A stretch of DNA of 64,000 nucleotides from Bacillota bacterium (GTDB taxonomy: Bacteria > Bacillota > Clostridia > Lachnospirales > Lachnospiraceae): contig JAEYOY010000038.1 in the NCBI GenBank assembly GCA_023411215.1, positions 1 through 64,000 on the forward strand, given 5' to 3'. Positions 29,872 to 39,664 of the stretch are shown in pieces. Position 1 is the first letter of the stretch. Every line of letters starts with the position of its first letter. Made by a program: the position numbers and the translations under genes. The notes under the pieces are model-generated. The model saw nothing but the letters and a program-made list of their open reading frames with translations. It was not told the origin of the DNA and ran no database searches.

Positions 29872-32800
29872 ATGATGCAAAATTCATTTGATACAACACC
29901 TGAAACAGAGGAAAAGTATACCTATTATGCCTTTATCAGCTATAAACATGAAGATGAAAAATGGGCCAGATGGATTCAGAATAAATTGGAGACCTACAAG
30001 TTGCCTACGGTTCTGCAAAAGGAAATTAGAGACCTCCCAAATCGCATCACTCCGATTTTTCGTGATAAGACGGATATCACCTCAGGCCCCTTAAAGAAGA
30101 CCCTTTCGAAGGAGCTACAGTCTTCCAGATTCCTAATAGTCATATGTTCTCCCAATGCAGCAAAATCAATTTATGTGGATTATGAGGTTGAGCAATTTAT
30201 CCGAATGGGAAGACAGGACAGAATCATTCCTCTGATCATCGACGGTGCTGTCAGAACCCAGAACCCTGAACAGGAATGCTTTGTTCCATCTCTTCTTGCA
30301 ATGGAGGAAACCATCCTTGGTGTAGATCTACCTACGCTTGGTAAGCACAAAGCTTTCCTGACAGTTATAGCCACGATGCTTGATATTAAGCTGGATACCC
30401 TAGTGAGGAGGGATCGGATCAGACAAAAGAAAAAAAACCTTCTGGCGACGGCAAGCATCACTATATTGCTGATACTTGCAGGCTTTACACTGGATTATTA
30501 CATCCCTAAGACCTATTATTATTCCGATTATGTACTGCAATGGGGAATACCAAAGGGTATATTCCGGCTTGACTATAGCTTCCTAGCCTTTGGTAAGAAT
30601 GAGCTGAAGGATAGAGACGATTTTTACGCTGTTACCATATCAAAATCCAATAAGACGATTACGCTGAAGCATATGAATTCCGCCATGGTTCCGGTTGACT
30701 ATCCAACCGAAACGGAGCAGAGTGACCGACCGGTTTTTGCAGAATATGATTATAAAGTTACGGATGGAATTAAGCAAGTTTCAGATGCAAAGTACTTCGA
30801 CAGATACGGGAATATTATACTTGTGCTGAAGTATTCGGACGACTCTACCATCGTTGATTTCACCAGCCCAGATGGATCCAACACCCCTGTTACCTTATCC
30901 GGAAGCTTGTTTTCAGAAAACGGTACAATGGATGTTAAAAATTTGGAAATAAAAAGCTCAATCACACGATACATATATCAATATGATGAAAACGGATACA
31001 TCAGTCTGGTTAAATTCATGCGAGATAACCGTGCCACATCCCCTACGCCGGATCAGAACGGAATCACGGGTTACATCTGTACGGTCGATCAATACGGCAG
31101 AGTAGTTACTAAGAGAATGAATTATGTATTTGATAATACCATCCATAATACTGTATTTGACAGAATCTATTACAATTACGCTTACCAATCTCCCAACCTT
31201 GTTAGTGTGGTATATACTGATGCCGAAGATAATTTGATATATAATGGTGATTTCTATGCAAAAAAAGAATTTTTCTATTATGATAATGGGAATATTAGTG
31301 ATATTTATTATTATGGGACAGATGGTGAAAAATGCACAGGCCCTTATGGTTATGCCCACGCCAGCATCATTTACGATAATAAAGGCTTTATACAGGAAGT
31401 TGATTACTATAACGAAAATAATTATCCGGTCATCACCGTATTCGGCTATGCGAAGGCGCAGCATGTACACGACAAGAAGGGCAATTTGACACAAGCTTCT
31501 GTATTCGATACCGATGGGAATCCAGTTGTGGCACTTCCTACTGATATATATCGGTATGTCAGCGGTTTTTCTACGATTCGTCGGGTTTATGATGAGAAAA
31601 ACATGCTCATTAGTGAAACCTATTACGATGAAAACGATGAACCCATGCTTTGTACTGGTGAATATGCAAGGCTCGATACCGCGTATCATAAAGGTCTTCT
31701 CAGTGAAGTAAGCTATTATGATGTTAACGGCGAACCAAAAACATGTAATATAGGCTTTGAAAAATTCACAAAGGAATATAATGAGTTCGACCTGGCGATC
31801 AACTGGCGATACTGCAATGCAGATGGGACCCTGTCGGAAACAACATGGGGATATTCCCGTATTGAGCTAGAGTATGATGAGAATAGAAATATAAAATCCT
31901 ATTCCTTTTATGATGAGAATGACCGACTCGTCATGACGGAAGATAACATTGCCCGCCAGGAACTAGTCTGGGATGACAGAGGACTGTTGTCTGAACAAAG
32001 TAATTATGATACGGTCGGTAACCTTGTTGTTTCAACCGCCGGATATGCCAAGAATGTTAAGGAATACAATGAAAGCGGTTTGTTGACCAAGGATATCTAC
32101 TATGATCAGAATGAGGAGCCGGTGTACGTTCCGGATCAAGGCTATGCAAGATATGAAGCAGCCTATGATGAATATGGTGACTGCACTTATAAGTCATATT
32201 ATGACGTTGATGGTCAGCTGGTTATGACCAATTATGGATATGCAGAATACAAAGCCTGGTATGACAGCAAAGCACAGAAGGTCGAGGAAGCCTATTACGA
32301 CGAAACAGGTAGTCTGGTCCTTCCAAATGGTTATGATTGGGCAAGACATACCATGGCATATACGGAAGAAGGATTACCAAAATGTGAAAGCTATTATGAT
32401 GCAGATAATCACCTGGTAATCAATTCTTACACCGGCTATGCAAAATGCTATGCAGAGTATGATGAGTGGAATAATATGCGTTCAAAAACCTTCTACGGTA
32501 CGGATGGTAAGGAGTTCATCTCACCGAATTTGGGGTTTGCTTCCGTTAAATATGTATACGAGAATAACTACCTGATCAGGACCAGCTATTATGATGAAAA
32601 AGGAGATCTGATTATTTCCCCAACCATTAACTATGCCGAGCAGATCCAGAAGCTGGATTCGAATGGAAAACTTCTTAGCAGCTGTACATATGACGATACA
32701 GGGAAGCCGATCCTTAATCTTTACGGTTATTCCAGCGTAACATGTACCTATAATCAAAAAGGGTTAGAGACAAATAGACAATACCTTGATGCCCAGGGCA

Positions 32801-33276
32801 AGCCGACGATTGCCCTGAATTATGGTTACGCAGAGATGGATATTCTTTATAATAAGGATGGTACATGGAAAAATGCCGTATTTTATGACCAGAGTGGCAA
32901 GGAAATTGATTCAAATCTGATTGTAACGAAATCCTTTGTATATATTTCTGAGGTTAAAGCACAGAGTGCCGGCTTAAAAGCCGGAGTACATATTAATGAT
33001 CTTATACTGCAGTACGGCGACTGGTGTTATTTCCCTGTGAATGAAGAAGATAGTATGTTTACCCTTCTTACAAATGAATTAGAAAGAGTAAAGGATTTAT
33101 CTAAAAAAGTTGTAATATATCGTCCGACGGACGCTTCCATCCAAACCTATCAATTTGATAGCGGGATGGTGGGACTACGAATTAACTCTGTAGATTTCAG
33201 CTTCCCGAGTCAGGAGGCTTATATGGAATACAGCACGGGACTGGAGTCGGCTTATCTTAGTAGCGGCTTAGAATAA
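29872..33276 (+). CDS. TIR-domain transmembrane protein with extracellular YD-like repeats and C-terminal PDZ-like domain
   Basis: N-terminal TIR_2-like motif (YYAFISYKHEDEKWARWIQNKLE...FLIVICSPN...DYEVEQF). One TM helix (LLATASITILLILAGFTLDYYI). About 20 tandem ~23-aa YD-like repeats (GYA...YDE.G.L.....YYD..G.PV). C-terminal GLKAGVHINDLILQYGDW PDZ-like segment. Confidence 0.6.
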   Translation: MMQNSFDTTPETEEKYTYYAFISYKHEDEKWARWIQNKLETYKLPTVLQKEIRDLPNRITPIFRDKTDITSGPLKKTLSKELQSSRFLIVICSPNAAKSIYVDYEVEQFIRMGRQDRIIPLIIDGAVRTQNPEQECFVPSLLAMEETILGVDLPTLGKHKAFLTVIATMLDIKLDTLVRRDRIRQKKKNLLATASITILLILAGFTLDYYIPKTYYYSDYVLQWGIPKGIFRLDYSFLAFGKNELKDRDDFYAVTISKSNKTITLKHMNSAMVPVDYPTETEQSDRPVFAEYDYKVTDGIKQVSDAKYFDRYGNIILVLKYSDDSTIVDFTSPDGSNTPVTLSGSLFSENGTMDVKNLEIKSSITRYIYQYDENGYISLVKFMRDNRATSPTPDQNGITGYICTVDQYGRVVTKRMNYVFDNTIHNTVFDRIYYNYAYQSPNLVSVVYTDAEDNLIYNGDFYAKKEFFYYDNGNISDIYYYGTDGEKCTGPYGYAHASIIYDNKGFIQEVDYYNENNYPVITVFGYAKAQHVHDKKGNLTQASVFDTDGNPVVALPTDIYRYVSGFSTIRRVYDEKNMLISETYYDENDEPMLCTGEYARLDTAYHKGLLSEVSYYDVNGEPKTCNIGFEKFTKEYNEFDLAINWRYCNADGTLSETTWGYSRIELEYDENRNIKSYSFYDENDRLVMTEDNIARQELVWDDRGLLSEQSNYDTVGNLVVSTAGYAKNVKEYNESGLLTKDIYYDQNEEPVYVPDQGYARYEAAYDEYGDCTYKSYYDVDGQLVMTNYGYAEYKAWYDSKAQKVEEAYYDETGSLVLPNGYDWARHTMAYTEEGLPKCESYYDADNHLVINSYTGYAKCYAEYDEWNNMRSKTFYGTDGKEFISPNLGFASVKYVYENNYLIRTSYYDEKGDLIISPTINYAEQIQKLDSNGKLLSSCTYDDTGKPILNLYGYSSVTCTYNQKGLETNRQYLDAQGKPTIALNYGYAEMDILYNKDGTWKNAVFYDQSGKEIDSNLIVTKSFVYISEVKAQSAGLKAGVHINDLILQYGDWCYFPVNEEDSMFTLLTNELERVKDLSKKVVIYRPTDASIQTYQFDSGMVGLRINSVDFSFPSQEAYMEYSTGLESAYLSSGLE

Positions 33277-33283
33277 CCTGCAC

Positions 33284-33307
33284 CTGAGGCGGGGTTGCCC
33301 GCCTCAG
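33284..33307. terminator. bidirectional hairpin between convergent TIR genes
   Basis: ctgaggcggggttgcccgcctcag (GC-rich 9-bp stem). No strong U-run on either side. Confidence 0.45.
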
Positions 33308-33382
33308 ATTTATGATAGATAATTGTACCTTCTGTGCTTTAAAACCTTCTTATAAAGTTCTCACAATAAAAGCTGCTACATT

Positions 33383-35137
33383 TTATTCCATTACCTCACA
33401 AAGATCATATAATAATACAAGACTATCACCAACCGGTATTTCACCTTCCGCAATATCAAATCCTGATCCATTATATCGAAGTACTTTTACTTTGCTATTT
33501 TCATTTTTTATTCTGGCAGTCACAATATCTTCCATGGTCTTTATTTTTTTGCCGTTCATTTCAATTAAGATATCACCAAGCAGATAGAAGCTGTTCTGTG
33601 GCTTATCCGGTTCATACCCACCGATTAAACATCCGTAGTCAATCCCTGTACTGTCAACTTGTCTAAAGAATGCCTCTGCAATTGGAATGAAAACATCTGC
33701 CTCATCCGATGTATCCTTCTCATGGAATATCTCAAGGCATTCAATACACATATCATACATCTTCAGGGTATTAAAGCGAAGCATCTTCCCCCATATTATG
33801 CCTACTTCATCCGTCTCTAATGGTTTAAATTTTTCCTTTGCTTCTTCCTTTGTCTTATTCAATTCTTCCGTGACTTCCTTTAGTTTATTTACCTTACCCT
33901 CCAGCTCATCGAGCTGTACATTATAATCCCCTATTATAGAAGCAATTTCAGTAATTATATTTTGATACTTCGTAAAATTTGCGTCTGATATCGCTTTTAT
34001 TTCTTCCTTATTCTTACTCCACGACTGCCCATTATAGATATCCGGTAGTATGGGGAGCAATTCTGCTTTAAAATCTTTCAGAGCATCTTCATCTACATCA
34101 ACCAGGATATCATTTATGCCATAAAAAATCAGGTCCTTATTAATATCCATAATCTGTTCATAATAATCTGACAATTGAGTCATCGATGTTTTGGATAATA
34201 CACTTTCACCGGAGGACATATATATCATGTAGTCAATATTATTGAGGAATTCATCGGTACAAGTGATTAGGAAGTCCCTTACAGCAATAATATCATCTTT
34301 TGCTAGAATGGTATTATCAAGCTTTGCCGATAAAGTATCATCCAGTGTGACATAATTATCCTTCGCCTTTGTGATTTTCTCCTTGTTCTTTCTTAAATCC
34401 GATTGAAGAGCAGTATAATTAATTTCAGTCGGATCTGTTAGATAGTATTGGAATGCAGTTATAGCAAGATCATATTCTGCGATTGCTATATTGGCATTTG
34501 TTAAGTTTGTTGAAATATAATATATTACTTCCTTTACGGTGTTCTTATCCGCTTTCGAATATGGAAACGATGCCTGTGTTGTTTGATAGAACTGATACCC
34601 TGTGAATATGACACCAAAAGTAACAAACAATGCAATAACCAAGGGTAAAACCTTTTTAATTAAGCTATTATGAGTGATTCTATGTACAATCCTAGGCTTT
34701 GTTTTTAAAAATTCTACCAACCGTTTTGCAAAAGCATCAAAAAATTCTGTAGATGCCTCTATTCCGCTTTGATACCGAAGCTGTTCCATATCCTCGGGTA
34801 GCTTATCAGGAAATTGAAAGCCTCTTAACAGGACCGGTACCACATTCTTCCTTTTCTGTAAAGCATAAGCTACTTCCAGTCTGACCCAGTCATTATCATT
34901 GCCACATCGCTCCAAACAATTCGGCGATAAAACGGAGATAAAATCCTCGCATTCATCGATTACTGAAAACAGCTTTGAGTTGAATTGCCCCGAGCGAAGC
35001 GATTCAACGTCAAAAAATACATTATATCCCAATTCGGTTAATTTATCATGAATTATTTTAGCTGTATACTCTCCGCCTTCACGCCGATAGCTTATAAAAA
35101 TATCATATTTCATAGTAACTATACCTCCCTGATACAA
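33383..35137 (-). CDS. TIR-domain transmembrane protein with extracellular coiled-coil region and C-terminal PDZ-like domain
   Basis: N-terminal TIR (KYDIFISYRREGGEYTAKIIHDKLTELGYNVFFD...DFISVLSPNCLERCGNDNDWVRLEVAYAL). TM helix (VLPLVIALFVTFGVIFTGYQFY). C-terminal GDILIEMNGKKIKTMEDIVTARIKNENSKVKVLRYNG PDZ-like. Confidence 0.6.
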   Translation of the reverse strand: MYQGGIVTMKYDIFISYRREGGEYTAKIIHDKLTELGYNVFFDVESLRSGQFNSKLFSVIDECEDFISVLSPNCLERCGNDNDWVRLEVAYALQKRKNVVPVLLRGFQFPDKLPEDMEQLRYQSGIEASTEFFDAFAKRLVEFLKTKPRIVHRITHNSLIKKVLPLVIALFVTFGVIFTGYQFYQTTQASFPYSKADKNTVKEVIYYISTNLTNANIAIAEYDLAITAFQYYLTDPTEINYTALQSDLRKNKEKITKAKDNYVTLDDTLSAKLDNTILAKDDIIAVRDFLITCTDEFLNNIDYMIYMSSGESVLSKTSMTQLSDYYEQIMDINKDLIFYGINDILVDVDEDALKDFKAELLPILPDIYNGQSWSKNKEEIKAISDANFTKYQNIITEIASIIGDYNVQLDELEGKVNKLKEVTEELNKTKEEAKEKFKPLETDEVGIIWGKMLRFNTLKMYDMCIECLEIFHEKDTSDEADVFIPIAEAFFRQVDSTGIDYGCLIGGYEPDKPQNSFYLLGDILIEMNGKKIKTMEDIVTARIKNENSKVKVLRYNGSGFDIAEGEIPVGDSLVLLYDLCEVME

Positions 35138-35402
35138 AAAACTTCATTTGGTAAAATATCACACTATTACCCTAATTATATCAATTAATGCACTTTATTT
35201 CCATATGCATTTTAAAATGGTCCCACAATGTTTTTACATATATTCACATTTAATAACGCGCGAGACTTGTTTTTCAATAGGATAATCCAACGAACTGTGC
35301 GAAGAAGTGTGGAAGTCAGTTCTACAGATACAAAAAAATGGGAAAGTCCCCAATATATGACTTTCCCATTTTTAAGCGTAAAACCCGGACTAGCTTCTTA
35401 GT

Positions 35403-36722
35403 TTAGTCGGGTACAAACATACTATAAATCGCCTTTGTTGCTTCTTCAAAATCCTCCTCAGCAACGCCTATAATAATATTCAACTCAGAGGAGCCCTGAT
35501 CAATCATCTTCACATTGACCTTAGCCTGAGCCAGAGCAGTAAATATCTTAGCAGCTGTACCTCTTGCCTTTCTCATACCTCTTCCTACAACAGCAATCAG
35601 TGCTAAATTATCCTCAATATCGATATTATCCGGATGTGTTCTTGCCGTAATCTCATCCAGAACAGATTTTTCTTTGCCACGAAATCCTTCTGTACTAACG
35701 ATAACACTTAATGTATCGATACCGGAGGGAATATGCTCGAAGCATAAGGCATTTTTCTCCAGAGCACGAAGTACATTTCTGCCAAAGCCGAGCTCGGAAT
35801 TCATCATATCCTTCTCAATATTAATAACAGAGAAGCCCTTCTTTCCGGCAATGCCGGTTACTGTATAGGGACTACTATCCACAGTCTGAGCAACAATCAT
35901 CGTACCGGGATCCTCCGGATGATTCGTATTCTTAATATTAATCGGAATTCCTACTGTACGCACCGGAAAGATAGCATCTTCATGAAGTACCGTTGCTCCC
36001 ATATAGGAAAGCTCACGAAGTTCACGATAAGTAATTGTAGTAATTGGCTTCGGATTCTTAACAATTCTGGGATCACAGATTAAAAAACCACTGACATCAG
36101 TCCAGTTCTCATAAATCTCAGCGTTCACAGCTCTAGCTACAATGGAACCGGTCACATCAGAGCCTCCACGTGAAAAGGTCTTAATCGTATCATTTGGCAT
36201 AGAACCGTAGAAGCCTGGTATTACTGCATTCTCCATCTGAGCAAGCTTCGGTTCAAGCTTTGAAATGGTTCTATCCAGGTCAAATTCACCGCTTTCGTTA
36301 AAGTATAGTAACCCCACGGTATCAAGGAACGGAAAATCAAGATACTTCGCAAGAAGCAGGCTGTTCAGATACTCTCCGCGGCTGGCTGCATAATCACGTC
36401 CTGCGCTATGCGCAAAAGCAGCTTTGATAAAGTTGAATTCCTCTTCTAACGAGATATCCAAGGATAAGTCCTGAATAATACTATTATAGCGCTCTTCAAT
36501 TGCAGAAAATTCCTTCTCAAAATTTTCCCCCTTCGATGCTTTATCATAGCAGCTATATAGCATGTCTGTAATCTTAATATCCTTATCATATCGTTTACCG
36601 GGAGCAGATGCTATAACAAAACGTCTGGTTTTGTCAGCACGGATAATATCCGCAACCTTTTTGAATTGGTTGGCATCAGCAAGTGAACTACCTCCGAATT
36701 TTACAACCTTTGTACCTTTCAT
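35403..36722 (-). CDS. lysC: aspartate kinase
   Basis: KFGGSS motif at the N-terminus, amino-acid kinase fold, and two C-terminal ACT domains. Confidence 0.9.
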   Translation of the reverse strand: MKGTKVVKFGGSSLADANQFKKVADIIRADKTRRFVIASAPGKRYDKDIKITDMLYSCYDKASKGENFEKEFSAIEERYNSIIQDLSLDISLEEEFNFIKAAFAHSAGRDYAASRGEYLNSLLLAKYLDFPFLDTVGLLYFNESGEFDLDRTISKLEPKLAQMENAVIPGFYGSMPNDTIKTFSRGGSDVTGSIVARAVNAEIYENWTDVSGFLICDPRIVKNPKPITTITYRELRELSYMGATVLHEDAIFPVRTVGIPINIKNTNHPEDPGTMIVAQTVDSSPYTVTGIAGKKGFSVINIEKDMMNSELGFGRNVLRALEKNALCFEHIPSGIDTLSVIVSTEGFRGKEKSVLDEITARTHPDNIDIEDNLALIAVVGRGMRKARGTAAKIFTALAQAKVNVKMIDQGSSELNIIIGVAEEDFEEATKAIYSMFVPD

Positions 36723-37025
36723 ATAATATCCTCTTTCTTTTTTAGATTAATGTATTAAAGTATTTTATATTATATATGGAGTATTCAATTTAATCAATAG
36801 AATATTTACAACCTATTTCCACCTGCTTAACAGCAATAACAGTTCAGCCCTTATGCAAAGTTGTAAATAATAGTTCGATCAAAGGTTCCGAAATCGGAAA
36901 TGCTTTCGCTTATTGGTTGATATTTTACTTAACCTTCGCATGATTAAGAGTCTGGGCGAAAATACCACCCAGACTCTTATAATACAGAAAACATATATAA
37001 ATATTACTCAATACTACTTTTAACC
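36723..37025 (-). promoter_or_regulatory. long 5' leader of lysC (possible lysine riboswitch/attenuator), includes hairpin 36965-36997
   Basis: A ~300-nt untranslated leader upstream of an aspartokinase gene. The minus strand has UAAGGGCUGAAC and GGUGGAAAUAGG segments loosely resembling L-box J-regions. It is not confidently assignable by eye. Confidence 0.25.
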
Positions 37026-38678
37026 TTATTCAACGTATTTTGCTGCACGCTCGTCGATTACTGACTGAGCACCGGCATTCAACCATTCCTTAATATTTGC
37101 ATCCCAAACTGCATCAAAATCAGCTGGCTTACAGGTTACTGCTTCTGCTAAAAGGGTCTTGCCCATATCGGTTAAGGTCTGGCTAACCGGACCTGCAGCA
37201 CTAAGAACTACCGGTACGATTGTAGAAGGACGACCATTTCTCATGGAGTTCTCATAAGCATCGGTAATTAACTGAGGATCCACTGTATAAGACTGTGCAA
37301 GTGCTTGTGCATACTTACTATCATCGCCTACATCAAGACCATTAATCATAAGCGTATAATCAATATTCTGAGCAGAGTTCATAATCTTCTCATTGGTTGC
37401 AGCGATCATCTTCGGAACACCGTTAACCATCTCATGAGTTACACCCTCTTCACCAATCTGAAGGAAGTAGCGGTTTTCAAACTTTGATAACCAGTTGATA
37501 TAGCGAAGTGCACCTTCCACATTCTTGCTGGATGCAGGAACAAACATATTAACACCAGCTGCATCATAGGTAAACTTCTCCGTTACACCAGCACTGTTCT
37601 GGAAGCAGTCAATCGTAACGATCTCTGCATCCGGAACATTAACCTTAAGGTCACGTAATAATCCAGGGGTATCACGGTAAGCTTGATCCCAGTTGTGAAT
37701 GAAAGCACCAACCATACCGCTCTTGATGAGGTTATCGCTATCGTTATCATCATTGTAAAGAGCGAACTGTGTATCAACTAAACCTTCATTATACATCTTG
37801 TTTAAGAAACGAACGCCTTCCTTGTATCCAGGAAGTAAGAAATTACGATCTACAGCGGAATTCACCCAACGATCTTTTTTGCTGATGGTAGGATCGATAA
37901 AGGATTCTATTAAGGTACTTGCTCTCCAACGAACATCGCTGGTCATAGTAAAAGGAACAACCTTATCCTTACCAACACCGCCGGGATCCTGAGTCTTGAA
38001 TGCTACAAGAGCATCATAGAATTCCTGTGTGGTTGTAGGTAACGGTAAACCAAGCTTATCCAACCAATCCTTACGAATAAAGGTGTTTGCACCTGCAGTG
38101 TTCATACGACGAGCAGGGATCGAGAATAACTGGCCTGTTTCTGTGTTTACATTACGCATGATCATATCTCTTCCCTCTAATGCTAAATCAGGGCCGAGGA
38201 ATGCTTTCAGATCCGGTAATAAAGTATCAACATAAGGAGCTAAATCTGCAAGACCACCTAAATCACGATAGTTCGCAATCAGGTCACCACTGTATGTAAG
38301 GCATACGTCCGGAGCAGTACCTGCAGCCATAAGGTTATTCAGCTGATCGGTCTCCTCCCAACGGGATACTGCTACGAAGTTAACACCGATGTTCTCATCT
38401 TCTAATACCTTGGCTTTAATCCAATCGGTATAGAAATTGTTGGTCGGGTCTGTCTTTCCGCCATCAGTACCACGGTCAAATACTTCAACCGTAATCTCAC
38501 TGTATTCGGGCTTTGATGCTTCTACCGGAGCAGCAGTTGCTTCAGGTGCCTTGGTAGGCTCAGACGTTGTGGTTCCTTGATCTGTCGGTGCAGGATTATC
38601 GGTTTTAGCTTTACATCCCCCCAAAACGCTGACAATCATTATACACGCAAGTATAAGTGACAACCATTTTCTTTTCAT
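37026..38678 (-). CDS. ABC transporter extracellular solute-binding lipoprotein (CUT1 family, large LplA-like type)
   Basis: Lipoprotein signal with lipobox (LGGC), Ser/Thr/Pro-rich linker, ~550-aa SBP. Confidence 0.85.
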   Translation of the reverse strand: MKRKWLSLILACIMIVSVLGGCKAKTDNPAPTDQGTTTSEPTKAPEATAAPVEASKPEYSEITVEVFDRGTDGGKTDPTNNFYTDWIKAKVLEDENIGVNFVAVSRWEETDQLNNLMAAGTAPDVCLTYSGDLIANYRDLGGLADLAPYVDTLLPDLKAFLGPDLALEGRDMIMRNVNTETGQLFSIPARRMNTAGANTFIRKDWLDKLGLPLPTTTQEFYDALVAFKTQDPGGVGKDKVVPFTMTSDVRWRASTLIESFIDPTISKKDRWVNSAVDRNFLLPGYKEGVRFLNKMYNEGLVDTQFALYNDDNDSDNLIKSGMVGAFIHNWDQAYRDTPGLLRDLKVNVPDAEIVTIDCFQNSAGVTEKFTYDAAGVNMFVPASSKNVEGALRYINWLSKFENRYFLQIGEEGVTHEMVNGVPKMIAATNEKIMNSAQNIDYTLMINGLDVGDDSKYAQALAQSYTVDPQLITDAYENSMRNGRPSTIVPVVLSAAGPVSQTLTDMGKTLLAEAVTCKPADFDAVWDANIKEWLNAGAQSVIDERAAKYVE

Positions 38679-38781
38679 TAATACATCCTCCTATTATTTT
38701 TTTATAAATAGCAACGTCCCCTCTAGAAACGTTGAAATTTAACATGGTTACAATAAATCCCTTAATTACAATGGTATTACA

Positions 38782-39654
38782 TTATTCCTTGATTGCTCCC
38801 AGCGTAACACCTTGAATAAAGTGTTTTTGAAGGAATGGATAGATTATAACAATCGGAATTGTCGCAAACATTACGGATGCGGCTTTCAATCCTTCACTTG
38901 CCATCGGGGCTGAGAAGCCCTCCTGTTGGGCAGTCTCTATTGCAGATAGATTATTGATTACCTGATACAGCTTCAACTGGATCGGAGCATATTTCGCATC
39001 CGGTACATACATAAGAGCATCAGAAAAACCGTTCCAGCGACCAACTGCATAAAACAGTGCCAGAGTGGCTAATACGGGTTTTGATAACGGCAGATAAATC
39101 TTGGTCAGAATTGAGACTGGACCTGCACCATCCAGCTCAGCAGATTCACGAAGGCTATCAGGAATACCGTATAAAAAGCTACGTAAAATAATCATATTGA
39201 AGATGGACAAGCAATTTGGTATAATTAGTACTAGCGGATTGTTAATTAAATTCAGATCCTTCATCAACAGATAATTAGGAATCGTTCCTGCACTAAAATA
39301 CATAGTTAGCAGCATCAAACCGTTCAAGAACCTTTTTCCCCTTAACTTATCAAAAATCAAAGGATAAGAACATAATATCGTCATAAACAATGATACCAAG
39401 GTACAGATAAGAGTTAATAATGCTGTCCACCACAAGGAACGAACAAAGGCTGCGTCCTTCAATACAAAATCATAAGATTCAATGGTGAAATCCACTGGTA
39501 ATAAGAATACTCGGTTATTGATTAGTGACTGAGTAGAACTAAGTGAACGGGCTAGAATGTTCAACAGCGGTAATAAACATATAAGTATAATAATGAAACA
39601 GATGAATGCAATTATAATATCTTCAATTCTTCGTTTGGTTGATTTTACCATCAC
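38782..39654 (-). CDS. sugar ABC transporter permease
   Basis: 6 TM helices. EAA loop (ESAELDGAGPVSILTKIYLPL). Confidence 0.85.
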   Translation of the reverse strand: MMVKSTKRRIEDIIIAFICFIIILICLLPLLNILARSLSSTQSLINNRVFLLPVDFTIESYDFVLKDAAFVRSLWWTALLTLICTLVSLFMTILCSYPLIFDKLRGKRFLNGLMLLTMYFSAGTIPNYLLMKDLNLINNPLVLIIPNCLSIFNMIILRSFLYGIPDSLRESAELDGAGPVSILTKIYLPLSKPVLATLALFYAVGRWNGFSDALMYVPDAKYAPIQLKLYQVINNLSAIETAQQEGFSAPMASEGLKAASVMFATIPIVIIYPFLQKHFIQGVTLGAIKE

Positions 39655-39664
39655 AGCGGCCCCC

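Noticed and set aside
30958-31689. 243-aa minus-strand ORF within the TIR/YD-repeat gene
   Set aside because: Ile-rich antisense translation of an AT-rich repeat region. The sense frame has clear domain and repeat structure.
25326-35137. Mobile-element boundaries (integrase, transposase, tRNA, direct repeats) for the AT-rich block
   Set aside because: No such genes or flanking repeats could be identified in the window. Horizontal origin is inferred only from composition.
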